A model generated the notes under the pieces. That model was given only the letters and a program-made list of their open reading frames with translations. It was not told where the DNA came from and did no database searches. DNA of 41,315 nt, taken from the IMG/VR virus record IMGVR_UViG_3300030433_002981, positions 1-41,315 of that record. The stretch is one strand, 5' to 3'. Source of the DNA: a virus. Lineage: Duplodnaviria > Caudoviricetes. Made by a program: the position numbers and the translations under genes. Of the stretch, positions 1 to 8,480 are shown in pieces; within the stretch, counting starts at the first letter, position 1; every line of letters begins with the position of its first letter.

Positions 1-131
1 TAGGCGATCACGGTGATTACGAAGCCGCTGATGCTACTGCGGAGGACTTAGGACTAGATGTTGTTTGGCTAGTCTGTGGTGATGACGCAGCGCAGTGGGC
101 TAACACCATCAATTCAAAACTTATTCGATAA
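1..131 (+). CDS. 3' end of a hypothetical phage protein, truncated by the window edge
   Basis: Frame 3 is open from the edge (GDHGDYEAADATAEDLGLDVVWLVCGDDAAQWANTINSKLIR) to TAA at 129-131 and is followed by a terminator. Confidence 0.6.
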   Translation, partial: GDHGDYEAADATAEDLGLDVVWLVCGDDAAQWANTINSKLIR

Positions 132-141
132 CAAACCAATC

Positions 142-165
142 GGGGGCTGCGGCCCCCATTTTTTT
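142..165 (+). terminator. Rho-independent terminator
   Basis: GGGGGC-tgcg-GCCCCC hairpin followed by ATTTTTTT, just after the stop at 131. Confidence 0.8.
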
Positions 166-208
166 GCGCGGATCCGATTGGCCTGGCACCGACCTGACCG
201 GATCAGGC

Positions 209-338
209 AGGCCGCAGGCGCCCAAGGTCGCAAGCAAATATATATAGATGGCCAAAGGCCGCAAGCCTGCGAGGCCGCAGGCATTGCGAGCAAAACATAT
301 ATAAAACGCACAAGGCCGCAAGCTTAGCAGGCCGCAAG
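209..338 (+). repeat. Cluster 1 of AGGCCGCA(A/G)G direct repeats (6 copies in three pairs)
   Basis: Copies start at 209, 225 (AGGTCGCAAG), 256, 272, 313 and 329; the starts within each pair are 16 nt apart; ATATA tracts lie between pairs. Confidence 0.85.
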
Positions 339-374
339 GTAGGCTCGAAGCAAACACCAAGCAACCAAAAAAGT

Positions 375-404
375 GTGCAAACACCTAGCAAAATTTGTTA
401 AAAT
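375..404 (+). promoter_or_regulatory. Putative sigma70 early promoter (extended -10)
   Basis: TGtTAAAAT at 396-404 and a weak -35 (GTGCAA/TGCAAA), upstream of the ATG at 450. Confidence 0.5.
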
Positions 405-449
405 ATAGCGACCGGCGAAGCAATACGTCGGCAACAAAAGGGACACAAT

Positions 450-1064
450 ATGAAAGTATCAGAAGCGCGCGCCGCTGTAGGCGGGCTATCACAAACCAGC
501 AAAATGCCTTGCAAATCCTGGGGCATAAGCGCCAAAGCATGCAAGACCGGCGGCAAGCTCGCCAAAGTAGAGGGCACAGTTTGCCATGGATGCTATGCAC
601 TCAAGGGAGCATATGTTTGGCCGGTAGTGGAAAAGGCCCACGCCAAACGGCTAGACGCAATCTATACCGCTGGTTGGGTCGATGCCATGGTGACCGCTAT
701 CAATGGCAACGAGTATTTTCGTTGGTTTGATAGTGGCGATTTGCAAAGTGATGAAATGCTTGCGGACATTGTGCGCATCGCACTCGCCACGCCTAACACC
801 AAGCACTGGTTGCCCACCAAAGAATACCTGATGGTTTCGCGATTCATGCGCAAGCACGGAAGCTTTCCAAAGAATCTAATAGTGCGCGTATCGTCACCCA
901 AAATCGACCAAGCGCCTATCAAACACTACCAAAACACAAGCACGGTCCACACCGGCAAACCATTTGGGCGCGAGTGCATCGCATACAAACAAAACAACGA
1001 ATGCAAAGAGTGCCGCGCATGCTGGAATCCGCGCATCAAAAACATTAGCTACAAATACCACTAA
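450..1064 (+). CDS. GP88-family phage protein (Cys-rich, radical-SAM-like Fe-S candidate)
   Basis: Motifs SKMPCKSWGI, C-x13-CHGCYA, FRWFDSGD, HWLPT and C-terminal CxxCRACW are typical of the GP88 family. Confidence 0.75.
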   Translation: MKVSEARAAVGGLSQTSKMPCKSWGISAKACKTGGKLAKVEGTVCHGCYALKGAYVWPVVEKAHAKRLDAIYTAGWVDAMVTAINGNEYFRWFDSGDLQSDEMLADIVRIALATPNTKHWLPTKEYLMVSRFMRKHGSFPKNLIVRVSSPKIDQAPIKHYQNTSTVHTGKPFGRECIAYKQNNECKECRACWNPRIKNISYKYH

Positions 1065-1077
1065 GGAGACAAAGACC

Positions 1078-1467
1078 ATGGCTATATGCTGGAAAAACTA
1101 CATACATGCGGAAGCAATTTTTACTTTCGCAAACCACGAGCAAGAAATCGGAGAGCAGAATTTCAAGCTTGACGTGACCGAGTCAGAGGACAAGGTTATC
1201 TCTGAACTAATTCTGTCAATGTTCGATATGGACAACGAGGAAGAACGCGAACTAGTGAGCGATATCGTCAAGGTATCGTTCTGTCTTTCCAACCTCCAAC
1301 ACCCTCACAAGATGACCGACAAAGAAGCCGAGCAATTGTGGAAGCTCCCCGTGATGAAAGCTTTCCTTGCACGCAATGGCAAGTACTACTTTGATGAGGA
1401 ACAACGCGACGAGGTCGAAACATCCATCAAAGAACTGATTGACTGCTGGAAGGAGGAAATAGTTTGA
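1078..1467 (+). CDS. Hypothetical acidic early protein
   Basis: AAGGAG RBS before ATG at 1078 (in frame with track ORF 964..1467). Confidence 0.7.
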   Translation: MAICWKNYIHAEAIFTFANHEQEIGEQNFKLDVTESEDKVISELILSMFDMDNEEERELVSDIVKVSFCLSNLQHPHKMTDKEAEQLWKLPVMKAFLARNGKYYFDEEQRDEVETSIKELIDCWKEEIV

Positions 1468-1685
1468 AAACCTACTTCGTTTCAGTAGAAATCAAAGAGG
1501 TTCACACCTACGAGGTGAAAGCCAATAGCGAGGAAGAAGCATACCACCTGATAGACGATGCGAGCCTGGAAGAACCGACCAAGCCGGTAGGCTTCAACAC
1601 TGGCGAGCCGATACCTGGCGTCGAGTACGGCGACTGCATGGTCCGAGACATCTACACATACACGGACATCGAGGCGGGGGAGTAA
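1464..1685 (+). CDS. Small acidic hypothetical protein (KTYxV...YEVKAxSEEEA type)
   Basis: AGGAGG RBS, overlap with the upstream stop; common small phage early-protein pattern. Confidence 0.7.
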   Translation: MKTYFVSVEIKEVHTYEVKANSEEEAYHLIDDASLEEPTKPVGFNTGEPIPGVEYGDCMVRDIYTYTDIEAGE

Positions 1686-1730
1686 TCCCCCAGCCCTCTG
1701 GACCCGCCGCCGTGATCCGCGGATCGACTA

Positions 1731-1860
1731 AGGCCGCAAGCCGCAAGTATATATATTCGATCAAGGCCGCAAGCCCGCAAGCATGCGTAAAAAAAAATCA
1801 CAAAAGGCCGCAAGCTCTCAGGCGCACGCACGGGATCATACAAGGCCGCAAGGCCGCAAG
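1731..1860 (+). repeat. Cluster 2 of AGGCCGCAAG direct repeats
   Basis: Full copies at 1731, 1764, 1805, 1843 and 1851 plus partial CCGCAAG copies at about 1741 and 1775; preceded by the palindrome GATCCGCGGATC. Confidence 0.85.
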
Positions 1861-1996
1861 CCTGCCTCCACCCCTAGGAGGGCGGAAAAAGCCCTCAAAT
1901 CAAACGCTAGACCCCTTGTGGGAGGGGGCGGGAGCGACTCCACCCCCACAAATCCCCACATTTTGGAACATTTTTGTCGATACCTATAATTTTGTA

Positions 1997-2024
1997 TTGA
2001 CAGTGAACGCCAAAGCATTAATAT
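1997..2024 (+). promoter_or_regulatory. Putative sigma70 promoter
   Basis: TTGACA (1997-2002), 16 nt, TAATAT (2019-2024), upstream of the AAGGAG RBS and ATG at 2058. Confidence 0.6.
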
Positions 2025-2057
2025 CGAACGCGCATAGCAAACAAAAGGAGAAAGCAT

Positions 2058-2735
2058 ATGCCACGCAACAAGAGACCGTTCCAACCCAAAGACCTTGACC
2101 CTACGCTTGCAGCGATAGAACCGCGCTCTGCCATGGAACTCAAGAACCTTAGCCTCAACACAAGTATGTCTGAAGAGACACACTGCTTCCGAGCATCTGT
2201 CTACATCAACGGCAAGCGCATGTTCGCTGTATCCAACCGTGGGTGCGGTGGAGCAAACGAATACTCATCACTAGGCCATCGTGGCGAACTCTCGGACAAC
2301 CTCAGTTATTTACCCGAAAGAAGAGAGTTGTGGATTAAAAAAGATAAAGAGGCCTTTGAAGAAGCCATGACAATCGCTCGTGAGGAAGCTAGGCAGTACA
2401 CGCTCAAGAAGATTGAGTTAGGCGAGGACCTGCAGTGGGCGATAGATGATGAGCGACTCAAGGACGAACTGATCGACTGGCTGATCGCGGATCTGATCAA
2501 CGAACAACTGACGCTCAAAGAGATGCGCAAGACCATGAAAAAGAAAGTCATAGTCTATGACCCAAAAAGCAATGACATCTTGCACCTTGGCAAAGACAAG
2601 CCCACCGATGAGATCTTGGAGAAGTATAAGAATCACTTCGCCACAAAAAGCGACGAAAAGAATGTCAAAGATTGGGTATGGCTCAACACGATCCCAGAGG
2701 CGGAAGCTTACAAATACTGGAGGACAGCATCGTGA
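2058..2735 (+). CDS. Hypothetical early phage protein (SEETxCFxAxxYxNGK...NxGxGG family)
   Basis: 225-aa ORF with strong RBS; the N-terminal motif is recurrent in phage early proteins. Confidence 0.75.
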   Translation: MPRNKRPFQPKDLDPTLAAIEPRSAMELKNLSLNTSMSEETHCFRASVYINGKRMFAVSNRGCGGANEYSSLGHRGELSDNLSYLPERRELWIKKDKEAFEEAMTIAREEARQYTLKKIELGEDLQWAIDDERLKDELIDWLIADLINEQLTLKEMRKTMKKKVIVYDPKSNDILHLGKDKPTDEILEKYKNHFATKSDEKNVKDWVWLNTIPEAEAYKYWRTAS

Positions 2736-3049
2736 GTGAAGGCATCTTCTTCCCCTGCGACGAGTGCGGCACCATGACTGCTGATCACATGCTTGCATCA
2801 ATCAACACTGACACGGGCATGCGTAACTGCTGCCCGATGTGCTACAGCGAATGCTACGAAGACCCTCGTGGTGTTCCGACTGAGTACACCATCAACTACC
2901 TTGAAGTAATCAAGCACGAAGTGAAGGTCACGGCCATGAGCCGTGCCCAAGCGGAGCGCATCACATTGTCTGGCAACAAGGCGTTTGCTTTACGCACAAC
3001 CCGACTGCCTCAGACCATTGGCAAGTCGATTCATCGGGAGGAGCCATAA
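2732..3049 (+). CDS. Hypothetical protein with CxxC...CCxxC Zn-binding motif
   Basis: GTG start overlapping the upstream TGA; CDEC and CCPMC motifs. Confidence 0.65.
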   Translation: MSEGIFFPCDECGTMTADHMLASINTDTGMRNCCPMCYSECYEDPRGVPTEYTINYLEVIKHEVKVTAMSRAQAERITLSGNKAFALRTTRLPQTIGKSIHREEP

Positions 3050-3264
3050 TGATCTTGCGCGCACCAGAGATAATCCCAACGTGGTACAGGTATTGGGTTG
3101 AGTTCATCGATGAAGACGATGTTCAAAAATCGATGTACTTGTACGGCCAGAGCGTGGAGGAAATCAAAGTGATCATGAATGAATACAAAATTGTTGTAAT
3201 CGATAACACAGAAGTTGCAGAGCAACCGTATTGGAGATGGAGAGAAGTCGATGTTAAATCTTAG
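3049..3264 (+). CDS. Hypothetical protein
   Basis: TAATG coupling and GGAGG RBS. Confidence 0.65.
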   Translation: MILRAPEIIPTWYRYWVEFIDEDDVQKSMYLYGQSVEEIKVIMNEYKIVVIDNTEVAEQPYWRWREVDVKS

Positions 3265-3436
3265 AATTCGTTTTGTGGACAGCAGAGAAGACTTAGTTGT
3301 CCCATGCCCAATCAACTACGGAAACTACTGGAACATGTTCCAGTATCTATCTGAGTTGTTACGCACCAGATGCATTCATGAAGATGAGATCAAGGACGTA
3401 AACACCACTGAGCTTCCGCTTACTGAGGTCGCATAG
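3251..3436 (+). CDS. Hypothetical protein
   Basis: ATG at 3251 in frame with track ORF 3215..3436; fills the operon. Confidence 0.5.
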   Translation: MLNLRIRFVDSREDLVVPCPINYGNYWNMFQYLSELLRTRCIHEDEIKDVNTTELPLTEVA

Positions 3437-3438
3437 TC

Positions 3439-3747
3439 ATGGACGATCTAATCTCATCAACAGACCCCTACGAGAAGGAAACTCGTGGGGGCATGAGAGA
3501 AAACTCATCGACCATGCACTTGCACAAAAAAGAACGCGAGTTCACCTGCTTGTGGTGTGGTGTGAAGTTCAAAAGCACGCAGGCATCAGCCAAGTACTGT
3601 AGCCAAGCGCATCGAAGCAAGGCCTTTCGTGCGGTGAATCGGATTGGTAAGCCAAAGCGGATCACTCAGCTGATGCGTAGAGGCAAAGGTTTCAGACCAC
3701 CAATTGCGTTGGTTCGTCATCATGCTTCCTCATCTTCAAAATCATAA
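3439..3747 (+). CDS. Small basic Zn-finger protein (CxxCG...YCS..H)
   Basis: FTCLWCGVKF...AKYCSQAHR motif; GAGG RBS. Confidence 0.65.
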   Translation: MDDLISSTDPYEKETRGGMRENSSTMHLHKKEREFTCLWCGVKFKSTQASAKYCSQAHRSKAFRAVNRIGKPKRITQLMRRGKGFRPPIALVRHHASSSSKS

Positions 3748-4343
3748 TCTTCACCATCGAGGGGCTCGGCTGCGGGCTCCTCGAACTCTGCTTCCTCAAC
3801 ATCCTCCACATCCATCACGCTGTCATCTACCACTGCAGCCCGCAAGCCAGGGATTAACTGGTTCTTATCGAGCAATGCGTTGAGCCTGGCTTCAACTTCT
3901 GATCGATCCATTTGGTCGATACGACCAAGCTTGATCTCCTTCTTTTCAATCATCAAGCCCGCAAGCTTTGCTCTACCTAACTCTGCTGTAACAGCTGCAC
4001 CATATGAGCCATCTTCAACTGCCCTGTCTCTGATCATCTGCAAGTCACGCGCAACCTTCTCAAACGTGATCTCATACTTCTTCTGCTGCGCTTCCTGGAG
4101 CTCGCGAATCTTCATCTGCACGTTCATGTATCTGGGATCATTCAAAAGCACATACGCAATCTGCCGTGGGTTTGAGTAACCCGCTCGATGGGCAGCCTCT
4201 GTGTTTGTCAGATCGTGATACACATAGTGCTGAATAAACGCCTGCTGCTTCTTCGTGAACGGCTTCTCCTTGTGCCGCTCTGGCAGACTACGCTTTGGAT
4301 TATTCAACATATCGACAGCTTGATTCTTTGCCATGTCTTCCAT
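3720..4343 (-). CDS. terS: Terminase small subunit
   Basis: FTKKQQAFIQHY...TEAAHRAGYS HTH typical of TerS, followed by ...AAVTAELGRAKLAGL oligomerisation helix and an acidic tail. Confidence 0.8.
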   Translation of the reverse strand: MEDMAKNQAVDMLNNPKRSLPERHKEKPFTKKQQAFIQHYVYHDLTNTEAAHRAGYSNPRQIAYVLLNDPRYMNVQMKIRELQEAQQKKYEITFEKVARDLQMIRDRAVEDGSYGAAVTAELGRAKLAGLMIEKKEIKLGRIDQMDRSEVEARLNALLDKNQLIPGLRAAVVDDSVMDVEDVEEAEFEEPAAEPLDGEDYDFEDEEA

Positions 4344-4443
4344 CCTACAAAAAAATTTTTTTCTTTTCTTCCCCCTTCCTCAAAGAGGGGAGATCGGGTT
4401 ATCCCGAAGGGGAGATATTTTATATATCTCTCCCCCTCTTTAG

Positions 4444-4624
4444 AGGTGCACCTATGCACCTATGCACCTACCCTTATAAATCAATAACTTACGAGCCGTA
4501 GGTGCATAGGTGCAGGTAGGTGCAGTCTGCACCTATGCACCTACCTGCACCTACTATATAAATCAACAACTTACAGACTTATCCACAGGGGTAGGTGCAA
4601 TCTGAAAAAAGGCCGTTGCACCTA
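4444..4624. promoter_or_regulatory. Iteron-rich cis element (replication origin or packaging site) with IHF sites and a DnaA box
   Basis: 11 copies of TGCACCTA/TAGGTGCA in alternating orientation; WATCAANNNNTTR matches at 4479-4491 and 4561-4573; TTATCCACA at 4579-4587. Confidence 0.75.
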
Positions 4625-4668
4625 CGCTTTTTGGGTAAAACGACTGTTCCGCGAACCTCGAAACTACT

Positions 4669-4830
4669 TTAACTTTCACTTGTAAGTTTATTCCTTGTGA
4701 TCTTCTTGGGCGACCTATTATCCGTGATCAGCAGGGCATCTCGACCACAGTTTCTGCACCCTTTTCTGGGGTAGTCGGCGGTGTAGTATTGGGCCTCGCA
4801 GACAAGGCATTCGATGTGCCAGGACTCCAT
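4669..4830 (-). CDS. Small Zn-ribbon protein (53 aa, not in the ORF track)
   Basis: MESWHIECLVCEAQYYTADYPRKGCRNCGRDALLITDNRSPKKITRNKLTSES; two CxxC motifs; start overlaps the upstream stop. Confidence 0.65.
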   Translation of the reverse strand: MESWHIECLVCEAQYYTADYPRKGCRNCGRDALLITDNRSPKKITRNKLTSES

Positions 4831-5099
4831 CATAACAGTCCCTTGATCCGTATCGCTTTGCCCCCGCCGCCTGACCCTTTGGTTGTTTCTATGCGATACA
4901 TTCGAGTGACCTGGTAGACTTCATCTGATGTGAGCCCTAGTGTCTTTGCGATCTCTGCTCGCCTAAACCCTTGCTGCATGAGGCTGACAATCTTCCGCTC
5001 GCGTTCTTCTTGATCTATCTGTTCGCTCTTTTCTTTCATGCGCATCCGAATCCTTATTGAATTTCCCATTCGTTGCTCGCCGCCCTTTACATTCTTCAT
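4830..5099 (-). CDS. Small HTH DNA-binding protein
   Basis: IVSLMQQGFRRAEIAKTLGLTSDEVYQV helix-turn-helix; the true start may be a downstream ATG. Confidence 0.7.
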   Translation of the reverse strand: MKNVKGGEQRMGNSIRIRMRMKEKSEQIDQEERERKIVSLMQQGFRRAEIAKTLGLTSDEVYQVTRMYRIETTKGSGGGGKAIRIKGLL

Positions 5100-5195
5100 T
5101 CTCTGCCGTATCTTCCGCTCGACACGATGTCTCCTTAACAGAGTGTTAGCCCCGCTTGGCGTCTTTATTCCTTTTGTTCGTCTTGCGGGGCTTTT

Positions 5196-5651
5196 TTATG
5201 CCTCCCATTTGAGTTTCTGTTGCAGCGGATGAGTGTCCACCCTGGGCCGACTAGGTGTATTCCACCCTCGATTTGCAGTGCTTGTCTGGCCAACACACCG
5301 CCATCCTGCGCCTCGTAGACTAGCACCGCCCTCTGACTCTAGCGTGTAGGTAATCAGGCTTGTGTATCCCATAGCTCGCGCAGCTTTCCACGCTGTTGCG
5401 TAAAGCATCGAGCAAGCGTTTCTTGTGCCGTCTGTGCAGCACCGATTGACCTCAAGCGTCCAGCCATTATCAAGATGCCGGGCCACAGGCCTGCCGACTA
5501 TAACTACGCCTCGCACCACATCTTCCTCTGACACAGCTACACAGAACTTTGCGCCCGGCACTGGCTTGTGATGCCGATGATGCTCAGCCACAAAAGCATT
5601 TGCCTCATCCAAGTTGATGGGGGTGACAGCCATCTTGCTCACACTCCACAC
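5196..5651 (-). CDS. XF1762-family (Mom-like, GNAT-fold) protein
   Basis: ANAFVAEHHRHH, VGRPVAR, LEVNRCCTDGTRNACSMLY, ITYTLESEGGASLRGAGW motifs; start may be 5633. Confidence 0.75.
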   Translation of the reverse strand: MWSVSKMAVTPINLDEANAFVAEHHRHHKPVPGAKFCVAVSEEDVVRGVVIVGRPVARHLDNGWTLEVNRCCTDGTRNACSMLYATAWKAARAMGYTSLITYTLESEGGASLRGAGWRCVGQTSTANRGWNTPSRPRVDTHPLQQKLKWEA

Positions 5652-6442
5652 ATCCCATCACACTCGTCACCAAAGTCCATCACAATCTGATCCGCTGCCG
5701 GGTCAGCCAGGTCTGCTTCATCAAGCGGCACAAGTGATCGGTGTATGTAGATCTTGCTTGTTGTGCCACGAAAGTCATCGCGTATGTGTTTGTCCACAGC
5801 AACCGCTTGCTCCCATGACTTGGGATCATTGGCCTTCATCTCACGCCATGTTTTGTTGTCATGGTAGGGGCAGAATGTGCACGCGCTTTTGCGCGGCAGT
5901 TCGTTGTATCCGTTGTCACGCATCCAGCGCAGGCAATGCCACCGTGACATATGCCTTTCAATCAAGGGCCATCGGTTGTTGCACCATTTCTCTGGCGCGT
6001 CTTTCATCCGCTGTATCTCATCGGTGCTGATACCTATCCACTGCTCGACTGTGTCTGCCGGGATACGCTGGCGCGGTTTGTATCCTGCCAGTTCGCGTAG
6101 CTTGCGTTGGATCGGCGTGATCTTGTAGTCGCGGGTACACTGACGCATGAGTATGCCTTCGCCGACCCCGCTTGGTGATGCAGTGAAGAACGGCGGTGAT
6201 GCGCTACGGTCCTCTGGGTTCATGATGTCATCGAGCAGACTGCCTCGCGTCACACGCAGCACAGGGAACGGCAGCTGACTTTCTAGCCAGTCAAGCCATT
6301 CGTAGATGTGATCAGGTTCTGATTGTGTGTCTGCAAAGATCGCATAATCAGGCATGGGCGTGATCTCACCCTTCGCTGCCATCAATGCCATCACGCTCGA
6401 CTGTACACCTGCGCCCAAGCTAATTACTGTGAGCTTGCTCAT
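5639..6442 (-). CDS. PAPS-reductase-like PP-loop nucleotide-binding protein with Cys clusters
   Basis: N-terminal ISLGAGVQSS, FADT, RQCTRDYKI, IGISTDE, KSACTFCPY and terminal ECDGMCGV. Confidence 0.75.
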   Translation of the reverse strand: MSKLTVISLGAGVQSSVMALMAAKGEITPMPDYAIFADTQSEPDHIYEWLDWLESQLPFPVLRVTRGSLLDDIMNPEDRSASPPFFTASPSGVGEGILMRQCTRDYKITPIQRKLRELAGYKPRQRIPADTVEQWIGISTDEIQRMKDAPEKWCNNRWPLIERHMSRWHCLRWMRDNGYNELPRKSACTFCPYHDNKTWREMKANDPKSWEQAVAVDKHIRDDFRGTTSKIYIHRSLVPLDEADLADPAADQIVMDFGDECDGMCGV

Positions 6443-6443
6443 A

Positions 6444-8480
6444 TCACTCCCACGGCTTTGTCATTTCATTTGATTCCAGATAGTGCCACACGGCTGCGCC
6501 AGGGACGGCATGTGTCTTGACCACTGCCCCCTTATACTTTTGCACATAGGAAACAGCTTTCATTGCTGCTCTCTCACCGTTAGCTAATCCTGCATCACTG
6601 AGAGCCTCTCTCGCCAACATCTCAAGTTCTTTGCGCTTGTAAAACTTGGTGCTGCTCATCGCATCAACCACCACGCCTGCTATTTTGACCTCATCTTCTT
6701 CACTAAGCGGCGACTTCACATTGCGCGGGGTAAACTCGTTGACCTTCCACACACCATCATCGAAGTCGAAACTTGCTAGATGTTCTTTGGGCTCACGGGC
6801 GTTGCGCGCTTCATAAAAGACAGAGACATCAGGCTTCTCGCCGCTGAGCTTCACGCCACTATCGAACCAACCAGCGAACACACTGCCGCCTCGTGCCGAC
6901 ATGAATGACTTATCATCTGCCCGTTCTTTGCCTGTATGGTGAGCGATTATTACGCTGATACCGTGCATCTCTATCAGCATGTCAACACGATCCAAGAGTT
7001 TGCGTATCTCTGTGTTTGAGTTCTCCTCGCCATCGAAGAAGTTAATGATCGGATCGATCAGCACGATGTCGGGCTTGTGAAACGCTATCTCATCTGAAAA
7101 CGCTTGTATGTCTTGGTCTTTCATCAGGTTCTTGCGCAGCCTGCCACTGATGATCAGGTTGTTGTGCCCCATCGATATCAGATCTTGGTCAAACTCGAAG
7201 CGACGGTAGTAGGTGTCGATCCTACGCTTCAAAAACTCTGCGATGATCTCCGCTTGGAACCACATCACCTTCAATGGTTTGCTGAACTCTTCGCCCATGA
7301 AGTCGGTGCCAGTGGTTGCCCCAGCTGCGAAGGCGCCTAGCCAGTTGGATTTACCTATCTTTGGCTTACCAAGCAGCAACACCCGACTCTTTTGAAAGAT
7401 AAACGCATCGCCCCAGAACTGTTCGATACCATCGTCGGTCATGTCAGACCATGTGTCTGCACTAAACGGCTGTAGTCCTAGCGGCCCTGATTGTGCCTCT
7501 TCATCTCCCTCGCGCTTGAGTTCATCGAGCGGGTCTTCCTGTGACTGTATCTCTTTGAGATCTTCGTTGATCTCTGTCTGCCACTTCGATGTTTGCCATG
7601 CCATGATGCCTGCATCGACATCATCAGGGTGGCGCTTGATGTGGCCGTTTACGATACTGATGGTGGTACGAGTGACCTCGATCAGGTCCATCGGCGGCAC
7701 ACATGTCTGGTTCCAATCCTGCGCCTTGATCAACACTTCTCGCATACCCCAGCCTTCTTTGACCCACTTGCCGACCAGGCGCGCTAGTGTGTCGTTGCGA
7801 CTGCCTTGTTCTTTGGGCTCCTCTGTCAGCTTCTCGCGTATGCTTTCGACTTTGTTGCCGGTGTTGAACACATGCACTTGTTGGATATCGGCTTCGCCCA
7901 GCAGTGGCAGGTCATCCAGACTAGACACACCGTATGCTTGATCACACTTCATGTGATAGCCGACACTTGGTGCAACCATGATGTACCCACCATCGCCCCG
8001 GACATCCAGTTTGTTCTGGCCTACGCTGTTGCGGATCAGAGGGTTGGCACCACCGATGGAATAGAAGTAGTGCTTCCCTCCTTTAGGCGAGGTTTGTGTT
8101 AGTGGTGTTCGCGTAATGCCGCCTGCATCAATCCAGTTCACGGCATCGTCTGAGTCTGCATCGACCACGGCGAATGATATGCCGGTGATTGCAGCCCAGT
8201 TAGCACCAGGATACTGAGCGTGCCATTGAGCTATCTCATCCTGGGACGGCTGTATCTTTTGATAGTGTTGCCACTTGACCCTTGGTGTTTTGGCCCACTT
8301 GGCCTTGAGATCTTCTTCGGTATCAAACGGATGGCGTTGTCTGAAGTATTGTGGCACCACCTCGCTGGGCGAACCGCATGGGATGATGTGCATGCCGTGC
8401 TCCCACATGGTGTGCAGGAGTTCTTCTTTTGCTTCGGGTGACATGGGCCCGTCTGAGTCGGAGGATAAGAACGGCATCAT
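6444..8480 (-). CDS. Bifunctional primase-polymerase / PriCT / AAA_25 (RepA-like) helicase
   Basis: VVDADS, GKHYFY, LDVRGDGGYI (prim-pol); GSRNDTLAR (PriCT); Walker A GKPKIGKS, Walker B IVLIDP, IAHHTGK; ATG at 8480 is coupled to the upstream stop (track start 8501). Confidence 0.85.
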   Translation of the reverse strand: MMPFLSSDSDGPMSPEAKEELLHTMWEHGMHIIPCGSPSEVVPQYFRQRHPFDTEEDLKAKWAKTPRVKWQHYQKIQPSQDEIAQWHAQYPGANWAAITGISFAVVDADSDDAVNWIDAGGITRTPLTQTSPKGGKHYFYSIGGANPLIRNSVGQNKLDVRGDGGYIMVAPSVGYHMKCDQAYGVSSLDDLPLLGEADIQQVHVFNTGNKVESIREKLTEEPKEQGSRNDTLARLVGKWVKEGWGMREVLIKAQDWNQTCVPPMDLIEVTRTTISIVNGHIKRHPDDVDAGIMAWQTSKWQTEINEDLKEIQSQEDPLDELKREGDEEAQSGPLGLQPFSADTWSDMTDDGIEQFWGDAFIFQKSRVLLLGKPKIGKSNWLGAFAAGATTGTDFMGEEFSKPLKVMWFQAEIIAEFLKRRIDTYYRRFEFDQDLISMGHNNLIISGRLRKNLMKDQDIQAFSDEIAFHKPDIVLIDPIINFFDGEENSNTEIRKLLDRVDMLIEMHGISVIIAHHTGKERADDKSFMSARGGSVFAGWFDSGVKLSGEKPDVSVFYEARNAREPKEHLASFDFDDGVWKVNEFTPRNVKSPLSEEDEVKIAGVVVDAMSSTKFYKRKELEMLAREALSDAGLANGERAAMKAVSYVQKYKGAVVKTHAVPGAAVWHYLESNEMTKPWE

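Noticed and set aside
76-391. Short ORFs over repeat cluster 1 (and 1652-2183 over cluster 2)
   Set aside because: Low-complexity translations of the GGCCGCAAG repeats with no RBS; the regions lie between terminator-like hairpins and promoters
3450-3461. AATCTCATCAAC copy identical to 10829-10840 as a second target of the structured RNA
   Set aside because: Only one of the two half-sites is present (no CCACCAC) and it lies within a CDS; probably chance
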